A program made the translations under genes and the position numbers. DNA of 61,133 bases, filler included, from Sphacelaria rigidula (lineage: Eukaryota), in assembly GCA_964200075.2 (NCBI GenBank). It is 6 parts of 6 records of this genome, joined end to end, with 100 filler letters (N's around TTAATTAATTAA, not from the genome) between each part and the next. Parts side by side here need not be neighbours in the genome. Positions count along the whole stretch, not along the records: positions 1 to 10,106 come from CAXNAA020007127.1; positions 10,207 to 20,312 come from CAXNAA020007128.1; 4 more parts are not named here. The stretch is one strand, 5' to 3'. Shown in pieces: positions 1 through 12,957 of this stretch. The notes under the pieces were generated by a model, which was not told where the DNA came from, ran no database searches, and worked only from the letters and a program-made list of their open reading frames with translations. Position 1 is the first letter of the stretch; each line of letters opens with the position of its first letter.

Positions 1-555
1 GTCCCGGCTTTGTAGGGATGCGAGGTCAAAGGTCTTTCGACTATGGCATGCATGATCATGAGTACACCCAGCCTGGTCCGGCGAAAATCCGGCGTGCTCC
101 GTCCCGGCTTTGTAGGGGCGAACCCCCGATGAGGTTGGCGTCGGTTGGCAATGACGCTGTAAAGCACTCCGCTCACTGCATAAGCTAAGCAACCAGGTAA
201 TCGTTTTTTCTGCGCGCTTGCGGTTTTTTTTGTGGGAACCATGATGGTGGTCGAGCTAGATCATTTTGTGCGAAATGGGAGAGCCTCGATTCCGCGCAAA
301 GGGGATGATCATACCACGTAGTGTTTAAATGGCAAGATACCCATGAGGCAGTGTGTAAGCCGTGGCTGTCTCTGGAAGTGGCAACACCAGAAAATGAAGC
401 AAGTCATTGGAGGCTGTCATCCCAATGCGAAATGACTTGTACGCTTCGGGCCGAGCAATCTCAGCAGGATCCAGGTCACCCTTCATGCGACTCGCCGAAC
501 ACATGACGGCGCTTCGCGCTTGGTGACTGATTGCGAGCCTGATCCGGCGAAAACC
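1..555 (-). repeat. Dispersed repeat (unclassified non-autonomous element), copy A
   Basis: Reverse complements of 1-110 and 370-555 match 10645-10905 (e.g. CATGATCATGCATGCCATAGTC...CGCATCCCTACAAAGCCGGGAC and CCAAGCGCGAAGCGCCGT...GGCGAGTCGCATGA). GTCCCGGCTTTGTAGGG occurs at both 1 and 101. Confidence 0.7.
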
Positions 556-1105
556 TTGTGAGCATCGATCTACCCGCCTTTTCTCCCTGGGTATTTGAAT
601 GCTTTGACTTGCAAGTCTTCTGATTCATAGTATAAAAGCTCTCCTGCAGTAGAACATCCACAAAAGCTCGCCGCCCAGTCACAACTGTTGAAGGGTCATC
701 ACACGAAAAGTTGAATATGGCCACTATATCGATCGACTTTCTGCCTCTTCATTTCTTATAATGTTCTATCTATTGATCTTAATTTCCTACGGCAACCTTC
801 TTCATTTTTCGATCTGAGGCTCAATTTCTTACGGAGAAAATTATCATAAGCGGGCCCGCACTGTAGACAGTGTAGAGTATAATACAAACGCTGGAGTCCG
901 ATACACTAAAGTAAGACACATACACTGGACTATAACACACGGAAAATTGAATATGGTCATGATACACCAACAAAGACATGTACACAAATAGTGGAGTAGG
1001 GCGCAGTCACTCGAGTATTACACACGAAAAATCGAGTATGGTCATTATATGCCGACACATACATGTACACACACACACACTGGAGTATGACATACACATA
1101 CGAAC

Positions 1106-1317
1106 CTGGAGGCCTCCTGCGTTTGCCTCTTGGAAGGAAAGCGCTCATTCAGGTCGCGGATCATGTTCATCAGGCCGTCGTAGCCATCCTCGTACACGTC
1201 TCCGCCCACCTCTACCGCCAGCTTCGACCGAAACAATCCCAAGAGAAAACTATCCAACGGACGTGTGTCGTCGTAGGTGGGTGTCGGATCCGCCGGGCCC
1301 GCTCGACCTCGAAATAC
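1106..1317 (-). CDS. Internal exon of a D27-like (DWARF27-family) beta-carotene isomerase gene
   Basis: Bounded by AAG| acceptor and |GTTCGT donor. Encodes VFRGRAGPADPTPTYDDTRPLDSFLLGLFRSKLAVEVGGDVYEDGYDGLMNMIRDLNERFPSKRQTQEASR, which follows the conserved N-terminal pattern of D27-like proteins (YxD..D..FL.LFRxKL...YDGL....LN......Q). I did not find the downstream exons in this contig. Confidence 0.75.
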
Positions 1318-2478
1318 CTTTTTTTCACCGCCGTGTTCAAACATGAACCAGTATAATAACAAAAAAAAAATGGCATGAAAAATAAATAAGTAGAGGCACA
1401 CAGTAGAAGTGGCAGTTTCCCGGTATCACTTGCCCACTCATTCGAAGTACAACAACTGACCGTTCGATCAATCAAAAATCAAATCGGGCGATGCACCTGA
1501 AACTGCCGTCTAAAAACTTGCCCCCCGCGTCCTGGCGGTGCAACGGTTCAACTGAAACCATTCGGGTGGAATGAACGCGGGGCACCTACTCCCGCTAGAT
1601 TCGCTTTGTTTTTGTTCGTGTTAGATTTTTGTAATATCTGATTTACATGGTTGAAAGCGCGAGTACGTGAATAAAGTATCAAAAAGAGTTCGCCAAAATG
1701 GGTTTGTTTGACGAGAGTCGGCGCGGTGCGGCGGTGCTGATGGTCATGATCCAATCCGCGATGGTATCACCATGTAAGGAGGCGTGTACCTGGAGAGAGA
1801 TCGATAGATCCCTTGAGACCACGGAGTTGTCCGGAGAAAATGGAGGGGTTGGAAGTGTGACTATTAGAAGACAAATAACGGAATAGAGAGAACTAAAAGT
1901 GCATGCCACAGTACGATCTTGTCCATCGCGCCAGTTTTCTCTCGCCATCATTCATTTTGAACATCCACATCCCCCCACAGTATTAAAAACAAACAAACGA
2001 CACACACAGACGAGTGTCTTCGTCGTTTATCCATCGAGTATTAACGACTCCTGCTGCAGCCAGCGCACACGATTCAATCATGAGTGGGCTACGTACAAGG
2101 CTGCAGCCTGCTAAGTACGAACGCAGAACCAAGGGCGTTTGGCTACCACCTTTCACCGTTCAGCCCCTTGTCTACCAGGGGTGGCTCATTTGGATCTGGA
2201 CAGTAGTTCTTGGAGCAAAAAAGTGAAGTTGATCCAACGTATGAAATAAACCCGGCGGTCAAAGCGTTGAGATAGAACCAGTATCGCTGTTAACATGCTC
2301 TCCATAGAGCAAACCGTTTGAACAGTTGAAATTATCATTTGATGCGAGGACATACAGCGGACTACACGTTCGCTGGGCTTTTCTGCGGGAAAAGAAGCAA
2401 CCTGCCTGGCACGACGAACAACAGTCTTGACTTCCACGTATCGTGACACCTCGGATGATCACAACCCCTGATAACATG

Positions 2479-2641
2479 TCATATTCGAACTCGATTTTCT
2501 TGGACGCAAGAGGCTGCAGCACTGCCAAACGAGGAGGTTTCGTCAACGGATACCTGGACGCCATCTTCCCAGCCATATAGGGTATACTAGTGTCAAAAGT
2601 AAGCACCACCGCTGCCGAGGAAATCGAGTTCGAAATATGGT
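2479..2641. mobile_element. Small hairpin/MITE-like element
   Basis: CATATTCGAACTCGATTTTCTTGG (2480) is the inverted counterpart of CCGAGGAAATCGAGTTCGAAATATG (ends 2639). Confidence 0.5.
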
Positions 2642-3444
2642 GCCGTACCAGGAGGTGCGGTGAGAAAGAGTGCTACGTTGGAAAATGGCAATCCGAGAAC
2701 AGTACGTAGGCGCCCAGCGACGAGACCCCGTCCCGAACGTGAAATGAGTGAGTGCTTCTCCTGAAGTTCGGTGCCCAAAGAAGTGAATACTGTAAGTTTC
2801 ATTGGCGACTCCGTCCCACAGCCCCAGGGTAGATTGTGTTAGAAATGATAGAGGGAGTAAGCCGTTTACTGGAGAGAAAGGACACAAAAGTCCCGGGGGG
2901 TCATCAGCTTTTCTGGATTCGGAGCGTCAATCAAGGGGGGGGAGGGTGGGGGGGGTGAATCGTCATTTTGCAAAACCTTCCTCAGCTGCGGAACTCGTGG
3001 AAAAAAATAACTGTGTATGCTGCTCCATTTCCGTGTTTTACTTTCGTTCAAGGTAGGGAAGGAAGGTTCAGACGGGATGGGATTCCACGTATCAATAAAT
3101 CCCGATGCCCCCTCGGGATAGAAAGCGAACTTTCTTAATAGTTTGCGCTCATTCATCTCCGAGACCGATCGTGGGTGTTCTACTCCTACACTACTTCTTC
3201 ACCTCCACTTATTTTCCCTCCGATCACCGATCATCGTTTTTTTCGAATATTCGCTCACAGTGTGCGTGCTGCCTGTCCATTATTTATGTATCAATTTTTG
3301 TCGCACTTTGAATAACACACCCCTTCCCTTTTTCAGGACGAGTCCGTGGTCTCAAGGGATCAACCCATCTATTTTTGCCCGGCACACCCGTTGCATTCTC
3401 CTCTCGCGCGGATTGGATCATGACCGGCACTCCCGCACCACGTC

Positions 3445-4133
3445 TGCTCTACTACCTGTACTGACGGTCGCCGCGTCTGTACAATCACCTCGTAACAACA
3501 CCGAAAGTCACACGGGTTGTGAAAAGTAATTAAATTTCATTTTTTCAACTCATTGCACACAGTGCAAAGGACTCTCAAGAGCTGCGGGGAAGTAGCCGCT
3601 TTGGGTTCGGCCAAACGCACGGAAATACTGTCGAACAGCAATACCAAACTATGCTGGGATTGGTATAAATCGATCAGAACAGAACCGAGATGGAATGGAC
3701 AGCTTAACTCTTTTGCAACCCATCGACGATATTCGTTTTTATGAATCGGCATCATTTTGACTTGAAAATGACTGAAAATTATGCCGATTCACAAAAACGA
3801 ATATCGTCATTGGGGTCCAAAAGGGTTGACGTTCTGAACAGAAAACTATGCACCTAAACGGTTTGCATGTGAAAAAACGCGGATTTTCATGAGGAGAAAC
3901 TCTCTATGACCCCGTCAGTGTTACATGAGCTGGCAAAAACTCTGTCGTCGTGTCTCTAATACGCGGCGGGGGAGCGGGGGAGCCGCCATCCCCGCAGCTC
4001 TTGAGAGTCCTTTACATTGTGTGCAATGAGTTGAAAAAATGGAACTGTTTAACTTTTACAACTCTTGTGAATTTCGGTATTGTTACGAGGTGATTGTACC
4101 GACGCGGCGACAGTCAGTACAGACAGTAGAGCA
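3445..4133. mobile_element. Foldback/MITE element with ~145-bp inverted arms
   Basis: 3445-3590 and 3989-4133 are diverged inverted repeats; the ORF track shows the same peptide VLTVAASVQSPRNNTE on opposite strands. Confidence 0.8.
3704..3829. mobile_element. piggyBac-like palindromic MITE nested inside the foldback element
   Basis: Near-perfect 126-bp hairpin TTAACTCTTTTGCAACCC...GGGGTCCAAAAGGGTTGA; the ends resemble decayed TTAA|CCC...GGG|TTAA piggyBac termini. Confidence 0.6.
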
Positions 4134-5539
4134 ACGAAATCTAGCTCTGACCGGGATTGTCGGGCGTACAGCCGCCAGCGTTGCTTGAAAGCCGCAAGGC
4201 CTTTGCGGTCGGCGGTTGATGATGTGGGCCGCAAATGCAACAAGTGGTTGATCATAGAGCACTCTTGTTCCTCGTAAAACATATCTCGCCCCAGCTTGTA
4301 ATGAATGACCTCCTCGCTTGGAAATTATCGAAAGCCACCGCGACACACGGGGTGGGTGGGTGCTCAAGATCGCAGCATAGAGGCACCCCCATGCGCCCCG
4401 CCAGCAACAATTAGGTCATCACCATAGGTATCTTTTTCACTCCGCAGGGCGAAAAGGTTTCCACAAGTGTTTGATCTCTCATATACCCCACCACCTGGCG
4501 TGTGGCACGCTCCTGTCATCGCGCACGCACAGGGTCATATGTCGGGTAAAATCAACGATGAATAACACCCCCTAGTTGCGGTTGGATATGTTATTGCCGC
4601 AGCACCGTCCTTGCTGGCATGTGTGTGAAAGAGAACAGTAGCGCTGACGGAAACATTGCTGTGTTTTTCGACGTCGTGTTCTGCAGCGCACATAGGCGCG
4701 TCCTATCCAAAGAGAGAGGGAGAAAGGAATCGATATTTGCATTGGTGAGCTCCACAGACAAGACACGACACCTCGTCACCTCGATGTTCTTTGGGGGGCT
4801 GCGCAGCAATAACCTGCCTACAGGCACATGGGAAATTGGGTACATGCTGGTAACATGCATGATGCCACTCTCTCGAGCGATTGGGAATCGCCGAGCGAGG
4901 ACACACAAAGGATACGGGCGAGGAGCTTCCTCTCTGCCACTACTCCTCCCATCGACACGCGTGTACACCGCACTCGTTCGGTGCACCTAGCCACAACTGC
5001 TCAAAAGCCGCAGATTTGTTTTGGAGGGAAGATGGTTTTCTTTGTGTAACTGTTTCGTGCCATTCCTGCATAAAAGATGTGCCGCTTAAACCCCCATTTT
5101 TGTACTCAATAAAAAAAATTAGAATCGGCTGTTATGCGAATTTCAAGGCACAACTGTCAAAAACTGAGACGCAATATCCAGTTTTAGTGCACTACGTGCC
5201 TCTGCTCGAAATATATTGATTTTAGTATAGAACCTTACGTGCGCCATATCTCGAGAAGGATAACGAATTGCTAGAGCTCGGAAATGGTTTGTCTAACCAT
5301 TAACCCGTTGAATGGTTACGCGTAGCACACTCATTAATTAGGTGAATGGTATATCATGTTTTGGGCATCGAGCGGCGCAGCCGTGAGCTAAAAAGCCCCC
5401 CCCCGGCAGAGGGCCCCCCGCCGGAGGGCCCCGCTGCAGGCGCCGTGCCGGAGGCACGTTTGTACGCGATTTGGCTTCACTAGAGCTAAAAAATACAAAG
5501 AATTTTGGGCCAATTTTTAAGGGATCTATGTAGCTTACG

Positions 5540-5650
5540 TAGCCGGTAACGGAAAATAATGGTTTGAAACCGTTATCCAAAAATTTCATGTAACCATTAC
5601 CATTATTACCATTATTACCATTATAATGATAATGGCCAGTAATAATATTT
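5540..5650. repeat. Repeat containing (TTACCATTA)n motif; related fragment at 9460-9515
   Basis: TAACCATTACCATTATTACCATTATTACCATTATAATGATAATGGCCA at 5591 recurs as TTACCATTATTACCATTATGTTGATAATGGCCA at 9464. Confidence 0.55.
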
Positions 5651-6211
5651 AATAGCGTAAGCGGAAAAGTGGTGATAGAAACCCATACTTTAAGCCCTAT
5701 CAAAAGTGATCCTCTCCGGAACAACTTTTCGTACTTAAAGCCCCATAAAAAAAAAATTCACTCCTGTGGGCAGGTTGTAAGTTTAACTTTCTTGCCGTCG
5801 TGGAGCGAACGATTTCTTTCGTTGAGAGTGGTGTTGAGTAAACACCAGGGGGAATGATGTTGGAGAAAACCATCGAAGGCCTTAGGAAGCGATAGAGGGG
5901 GTACTATGCTGCTCCTGCCAAGAGAAGATGGTGTCGGGAGAGCAAGAGGAGATCTTGGGGTTGGGGCAGGGGCCGTAGAGGATGTCAGAGTTGCGGGACC
6001 GTCGCACTCACGTTTGTTGGGGTCAGAAATTCCCGACTCCAACCGCGCGTTTTTTGTTGCAACTTCCCCCACTCAGTCAGTCGCGCGCTCTGCTTTCCTT
6101 TCATCCAAGGCGAGACCTCTGTGCTCATACTACCTTCTTCATTGTCAGTCATCGTTAGCACACTTTATCTGCTGTATCGTGGGTTGATCGTCTTGGATGG
6201 TTAGTCAAATA

Positions 6212-6570
6212 GCCGGTTGCCCCGGTGGCTCAGTTGGTAGCCTCGAAACCTTCTGACGGTTGGGTTGTGGGTTCAGTTATCGGAGCAATCTGAGATTTTT
6301 TCTCACACCATGCCCAACAGTGGACAGCGACTGTGTCGTGGGTACACAAAATTCGACTTAAGGATCGACGACGAAAAGGGACTGCTTAACCCCTCTCGCG
6401 ATAAAAAAAGTAATGGCAAGCACCGCAGAAGGAAGGTGGGTTACAAAAAACAAATAAAAAAGAAAAAGCTCCTGTATTGACCTTCTTCCTGTGTGACCCC
6501 GGCTGGTGCGCCCACACATACCGAAAGGTGTAGACCGGCACCCAGAATAGATGGGACGACACCACACACC
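6212..6570 (+). mobile_element. tRNA-derived SINE, family 1, full-length copy
   Basis: Pol III A-box TGGCTCAGTTGG and degenerate B-box GGTTCAG in the head, shared body, CA-rich tail; colinear with 22065-22437. Confidence 0.8.
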
Positions 6571-7698
6571 GTGTCAGGAATACACTAAGTGGAGGATGAA
6601 AGTCCCTGGACAGTCGACAGCGGAAATCTCGATTTTGGAGTGGGTTTCAAGGACCGAGGGCCTAGCCCATCACTAGATGTGCCTGATTGTTTGGGCTAGG
6701 GACCTTAGTGGGCAAATAGCAGATAACATCAAGCCAAGTCAAACTTTTGGCATATTTTCTCCAACAAACTTCTCCTGTGACAGACCCAGCAGCTCGCCTC
6801 AGCTCTGGTTGTCAGTCCTTTCTGTAGCACCAGTCACAAAAATTTACACCGTGGCTGTGCATCAACAAGGCAAAATTACCGCACAAGAAGGGTAATTAAC
6901 AAGCTTGCTGTCATCCCTTGAGAGATCGCCGAGATCAGTGGTACGGTATTACGGCAAGAACACTGAAAAAGGAGAGTGGGAGCGTTCCCCGAGAGACCGG
7001 ATAGGGAGTGCAGCAGTATTATTATATAGAGTAGTAGCAGGACAACAGTACAGTATGCGCAATATAATGGTGACTGTACAACAAGCTGGTCTGACTTTCA
7101 AAGTTGGCATCCTAAGTACGATTTCACCATCAATTATCCGCTAAAAGAGCTGTAAATGGTCCCAGAGCCACCCTATTCCCCCACTCAGTAAGCACACGGC
7201 CGCTATAGTGGCATGTGCTCGCCTCTCAGAACGTTTTCTTATATTTGCTTCAATCGACCTGCCTTTGCATGCTTATCTATCAATCTTATTTCCACTATTT
7301 TTCGTACCACGTTTGGTTCGTCGCTCATACCCGCAGTCGTTTGCTGCATCACCCGAACTACGCAGAGATAACAACATTAGTAGTGCACGGAGAAGAGAAA
7401 GAGAGGATAATTCACCTCCCTACCCTATGAGTTTCGAACGTGTAGTATAGTAGTGGAAATTGAATAAAGACGATGAAGATGTGGCAAGCGTATCTGAACA
7501 AAAATCACAAAGCATTTCTACGCGGGGAACCCTCTTCCTCTTGTTCTCGCTGGTGGTGCAGTATCCAGCCCCGCCGTCACCCCGCGGTGTTGCGCCCGGC
7601 CGCGTCCGTCTCTTGCAAGTGATCCATACCATGTTCATCATTATCTTTACTTTTTTATTTTCAGTGTTCACTTCGTCAATTATTCATCATCATTGATT

Positions 7699-7830
7699 CC
7701 TCGCAGAAAGAAAAACACATTGTTTGCCGTCCTCCTGTTTGACCCCGGCTGATGCGCCCTCATCAATACTAATATATCGAAAAAAGGTGTAACGGGCGTT
7801 CATAACAGATGGGATGACACCACAGCAGCG
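7699..7830 (+). mobile_element. SINE family 1, 3' fragment
   Basis: TGACCCCGGCTGATGCGCCC...AAAGGTGTA...AGATGGGATGACACCACA matches the tail of 6212-6570. Confidence 0.65.
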
Positions 7831-10106
7831 AACATACACCGCGCAGCATTGTTTCCGATACAGGCAGCAGTAGTGGACGGTGTTGTGCGGACTGTGGTAC
7901 AGACAGCCCTGTATGGGAGGTACTGTGTACGGGCGTTCAAAACCACTGTTGCACTGTTGTCTTCAATCAGTACACATGTACGTACTGTGTATATATACTC
8001 CTGTACTCAAATACTCGATTTTGTTTCATCCCCGCGTCTCTTCTCACCATGCCAAAACGATTTTTGCGTGTTCACCGGAGAGGCGAGCCCCATCCCCGCC
8101 ACCCGCGAAATAAATGAAGGAGAGAGACAACGGCGAACACACTCCGGCCTTGTAGTCGGTTTGAATATAAAAGCAAGAGTCATGCGGTTTTGAATCTATA
8201 TTCCTTCAAACAGGGTAGATATTTGGGTTAACTTTCCTTTCGTGTCGTTTGTCGAGCCTTTGTGCGTTGAATGATTTCTTGGCTTCTGCCGCTGGTTGGT
8301 GGTGGTTGGTCTGTGTATGTGCGCGTGTGAGGTGTGTTGTGGGTGTGCGTGCCGTGGCCTGCACTACCTGCCGGCTTTTTTGTGCACGGGTGGGTTCGAA
8401 AATGGTGTCGGTTGGACCGGCGGGTCTACATTATATTTGGTCGAGAGCTGGCGGGCAACCAATCGGAAGGATGGAAGAAGAATAATTAACGAAAAAATCA
8501 TTCTCATCATCACGACGCGCTCATTTTTGTTCTGCTAACACAGGCTCATACTTACGCATCGACTCAGACCTCCCCTCCGACGTTTCCCCCCCAATCCTCT
8601 TTGTGCTAATGTTTCTCTAGCTTTTGTTGAGGACGGAGGGTTAATCGGGAGACTCCTATGAGGGGCCGACTTTGACCCCCCAGTTCTCCTCGGCGACGTG
8701 TACGATTCGAGCGCTCATCTCGCGCTGTGTGCTTCGAATTGGAATGCAATCGGATGTAACTTCCTCTTTTTCCAGGGCACGCCCCACGATGGGGAAAAAA
8801 AAAAAACATCACTTTTCATGTAGCTTCTGGCGGGAAGCTTGAGAAGCACTTGAAAAGCGGTCCAACCCCAAAATGCGTCGGTGGTGTGTAGGTATGTGCG
8901 GCGTCTGAAGAGGGGGGGCGTCACCTTAACGCACAATTTCCGCATGTCAAGGATATAGACTGAACTCAGGTGCATCTAAGGGAACGAATAAGTGGTCCAT
9001 GGTCGGTAAAATGTTGTCGGAGAGCCCGGACACTCTTCGGAGGCCACCTCCCCCCCCCCCCCCCCCCCCCCCGAAAAGGGTGCGCGGGTCAAGGGGAAAA
9101 TAACAAAACAAAAACCAAAAAAAGCCACCCACACCCCCCCCCCCCCCCCCCTCCCCCAAAGGGTGCCTGGGCCCTCTGCCAAATACAAAAACCAAAAAAC
9201 AATTGCGTCCCCCCCCCCCCCCCCCCACAATCCCGCCCATTGGCATCCCTAACGGTGAGGCCTCCTTTCTTCTTTCATAGTGGTTACGGTTAGCCGTAGG
9301 ATTGGAATTTCTAATCTCATATCGATAAGTTATGGGTAGTGCCAGGATCATTGGTTTGTTCTTCGCTTTGTTGTTCACATCCTTCACGCACCTCAGACCG
9401 GCCGCGGGATACTTGATACTTGCGCCACTGCTACCACGTGCGTCAGCTGTGGCTTACCACTAGTTACCATTATTACCATTATGTTGATAATGGCCAATTC
9501 TAACTAATACCATTTCCGATCGTTTTCCTGTGCTCCAGGGAATGTCCACACTAAACATTGTCATCATCCGGGTTTCGTATAGACTTTAGTATGGACCTAT
9601 CTCCGTATAGATCGCTCTGCTTCGCATTGCGGTTCCAATTTTCCTATCCTTTCTAACATTGGAAATGTAATAGAAAAGGGGCAGAAGAGACAGACGCCCT
9701 CAATAAAGAGCGATGGGACTCGCCTTCTTTGGCGGCATCTGAGCCGCCGGCGTGAAGGAGAGGGGGTGCTAGAGCTGTTAGGGCCCTTTATAACGAAGGG
9801 GGTTCCCCTTTTTCACAATCCACTTTAACCCTTAGGGCGTGTCTCAGCAGCCTTTTTTTTCGGTCGAAAAAACGAGCGGTGGAATTGAGTCAAGTGAAAA
9901 TTTCTCGTTTTGATGCAGTTGGGTCCGGATGGATTTTCAAGCTTTCGATCGAGAAAGACAATGAAATTCGTGAAACGGTAAATGGCCTGTACTGTTTGCA
10001 CTGATTGCAAGTAGGGTGTCTTGAGTGCGTGTGTGTGTGCTTCGTGCAGGAGAAGATAAAGGGGAAGCGGACAACGTGCAGTGCAGACAGCCCAAGATTA
10101 TCAGTT

Positions 10107-10206
10107 NNNNNNNNNNNNNNNNNNNNNNNNNNNNNNNNNNNNNNNNNNNNTTAATTAATTAANNNNNNNNNNNNNNNNNNNNNNNNNNNNNNNNNNNNNN
10201 NNNNNN
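10107..10206. other. Artificial contig linker N44-TTAATTAATTAA-N44
   Basis: Identical 100-nt spacer found five times; its core puts stop codons in all six frames. Confidence 0.98.
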
Positions 10207-10639
10207 GGAGGAGGAACGGTGGTCCGTCTCGAATGGGGTGGGTGGTCAGTGGTCAAATGACTTGAGGCAAGTAAAAACTGACTACGCCCCCCCCCCCCCG
10301 TCCAAGACTCCCGCCCATAATCCTCTCGGGCCAGCATTCGTTGTCTAGAAATAAGACTTGTCAAGCGAAGAAGAGTTCCGATGCCCTCGCATCTCGTCCT
10401 CTCCTCTCCAACGTTCTTCACTTAGGAGAGAAGGTCAAATGCGGGGTAAACCGGGTTTCAGGAGGCTCAATCTACGGGTGAATCAAATGACAGCAGCCGA
10501 GCACACCGGGCTAGTGACAACTCCCACGCTTGGGATCATTTTTCGCGATGTCGCCCATATAAGGCGGCTCATGCAGTCTGAAACCAGCTGTCGTGCACTG
10601 CATGGCCGTTTGCTTCGTGAGAGGTTTAGGGCTTATTTG

Positions 10640-10985
10640 GAGGGGGGTGCACTCATGATCATGCATGCCATAGTCATAAGACCTCGCATCCCTACAAAGC
10701 CGGGACGGAGCACGCCGGGTTGTCGCCTGAACAGGCTTGTACTCAAACCACCAAGCGCGAAGCGCCGTGGTGTGTTTGGCGAGTCGCATGAGGAGTGAGC
10801 TGCATCCTGCTAAGATCGTTTGGCCCGAAGCCTACTGATAGTCTTGCATTTGGATGACAGCCAACAATGAGTTGAGTTATTTTCTGGTTTCGCCACTTCC
10901 AGGAGGTGGGGGGGGGGGCGTACTCATTTTCTGCTTGCCTTAGTCGTTCTACCATCGACCATGCATCCTTTTCGAGACGGAGCAA
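10640..10985 (+). repeat. Dispersed repeat, copy B; the right module GGGGGCGTACTCATTT.TGCTTGCCT recurs at 20265-20312 and 32955-33025
   Basis: Sequence similarity to 1-555 (inverted) and to the two other loci on different contigs. Confidence 0.7.
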
Positions 10986-12957
10986 ACGGAGCCAGGAGGT
11001 GGTGGTGGTGGTGGGTTATCGCGGCATCACTCACGCTTGAAAGATTTCATGACGTTCGGGTGGGCCGTCTTGCCTACGGTATACTTTACGGGGCTATTTT
11101 CAAGTGCTGAGCACGCATGATATCATCAAGATCCAGCCCAACAAAAAAATGTACTTTCTGATCTCCTCGTTTGGCCCGCCCCTGCTGGGGTGGGTCGAGA
11201 ACTGCAGCGGCCTTAACCCATGAAAAGACCACCGAACCGACGACGGTGTGGCAGTAGAGAGGTGAGCAACACGAGCCCGAGCCTCGTGTCGACGTGGATC
11301 CTGAGTTTGGCTGATAGGAGGTACGGTGATCATGAGAATCAACGTGGTTCTTAACGAACCAAACCGTCGGGAGATACCACCCCTCCGACTGCCCATACTG
11401 GATTGGGCAGGAGTCTCCCAGGGATCTTACACCACGAAAAAACCACTCAACAACGACGGCAGAGACACGAGCTCGAGCCTTGTATCAATGGAGAGCCCGA
11501 GTTGAACGGCAAGAGGTACCGCGATCGCGAGACTGGCGTGTGCTTCGTTTCGGAACAGCTTTGATGGTAGCATGAGGTTAAATCCTGAAACCCCGGCCTG
11601 GACCCCGGGGCTATGCAGCAGCGGAGATCGCAGGAGGGACAGCCTAGACAGGAGTGGACGGGCTGTGCACCGCGCGGGCACGCACACCAGAAGCGAGGGG
11701 GGAGTATAGAGTCGGACAGAGCAGGAAAGTTGTACCTTCCTGTTGGAGAATATAAATACCGGGCTAACAAGCACAGCCGGAAAGTCCTCGGTGCGATCAT
11801 GAAGAAAGCAATGATGAAGAGAAGAAGAAATAGAAGGAGGGGCCGGGCTAGGCGTACGCTTGCTAGGAAAGCAGCACGAATAGCCCGACGAGGCGGCGGG
11901 GTCAACTTGTTAAGGTAGCCATCTATAACGTCAAGGCTCTTGCTGTGAAAGGAGCAAACGGATGAGGGCGAGACAACAACGTTTGTATGAGGCTGCGAGA
12001 CTAAACATCTCGGTGGCGGGACTGCAGGAGACACGGAGAGCAGGACGAGCACACTCTATTGCAGGAGACTTGTCGCCGCAAGCCTCACGTTCCCTCTCCT
12101 CTCATTACCTCTCCCCTCTCCCTCTCTTCTCCTCTCTCTCCTTTCCTCTGTTGGCAGAGTAGCAAAGGGCCGAGCCGTTGGGTTGCTGAGTTTCGGGACT
12201 ACAGCCCTATACTTCTCTTCCTCTCTTTTGTGCTCCTTGCTGGTGCGGCTCTGGTTGGCGGAGCACTCACGTTTTCCGACGGCTGTCCTTCTTCCCCTTT
12301 CTCCTCTCACCTCCTCCTCCTGGCGTTTTCCCTTAGTTCCAGTGGGGCTGGAGACATGAGGGGCATATCGGTTGAGCCCCCAACTTCCTGCTGGGTGGCT
12401 TCCCTAGACGTGGGAGAAGTAGCCGCACTGTTAGATGCCCAAGCCTGTGCAGACTTACTGGCATAACTACTGGTGTCTACGGTGGCCGCAGCTGAATGGG
12501 CACCTATTGCCTGAGTAGACAGAGACGTCAGGTCAGTGGACTTAGCCTCTCCAGTTGCTGGGCCTACCCATGTCACTTTCCCAACTATGCTAGTCTCGGA
12601 CGGCGACTTCGGCCAGTAGACCAGTGCTCTCTGCACCTTATGCACGTTGGCCTTTGCAGCGGGAGAACTCAGCCTCCGTGTCACTGACATCGAGCCGACT
12701 GGAGGTCTACTAGATGTGGAGCCCAATCCACTTGCCGCACTAGCCGGAGTTCCCACGCGGGCTCCACTGCTGGGAGATGGCTGGGCTGATCTGATTGCGC
12801 GGGTTACAGCAACAGCCGTGTCCACCCGAATAGCCGGAGACGCTGTCCTGCTAGTCGATGAAGTCCTTACCCCCGTGGCTCCTCTGCCTACTGAAGCCTG
12901 TGCTGTTTGGCAATGTCGGCCAACATGTTCCCAAGCTGGGCCTCCGCCGGATTCAGT

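Noticed and set aside
596..645. Next D27-like exon after 1106
   Set aside because: The CAG acceptor near 644 gives a stop in the required phase and no D27-like residues.
8947..9293. Pro/Gly-rich ORFs
   Set aside because: They arise from poly-C and A-rich runs that look like low-quality sequence; no coding signal.
10151..10162. Periodic TTAATTAATTAA as a biological motif
   Set aside because: Always centred in fixed N runs; an assembly spacer.
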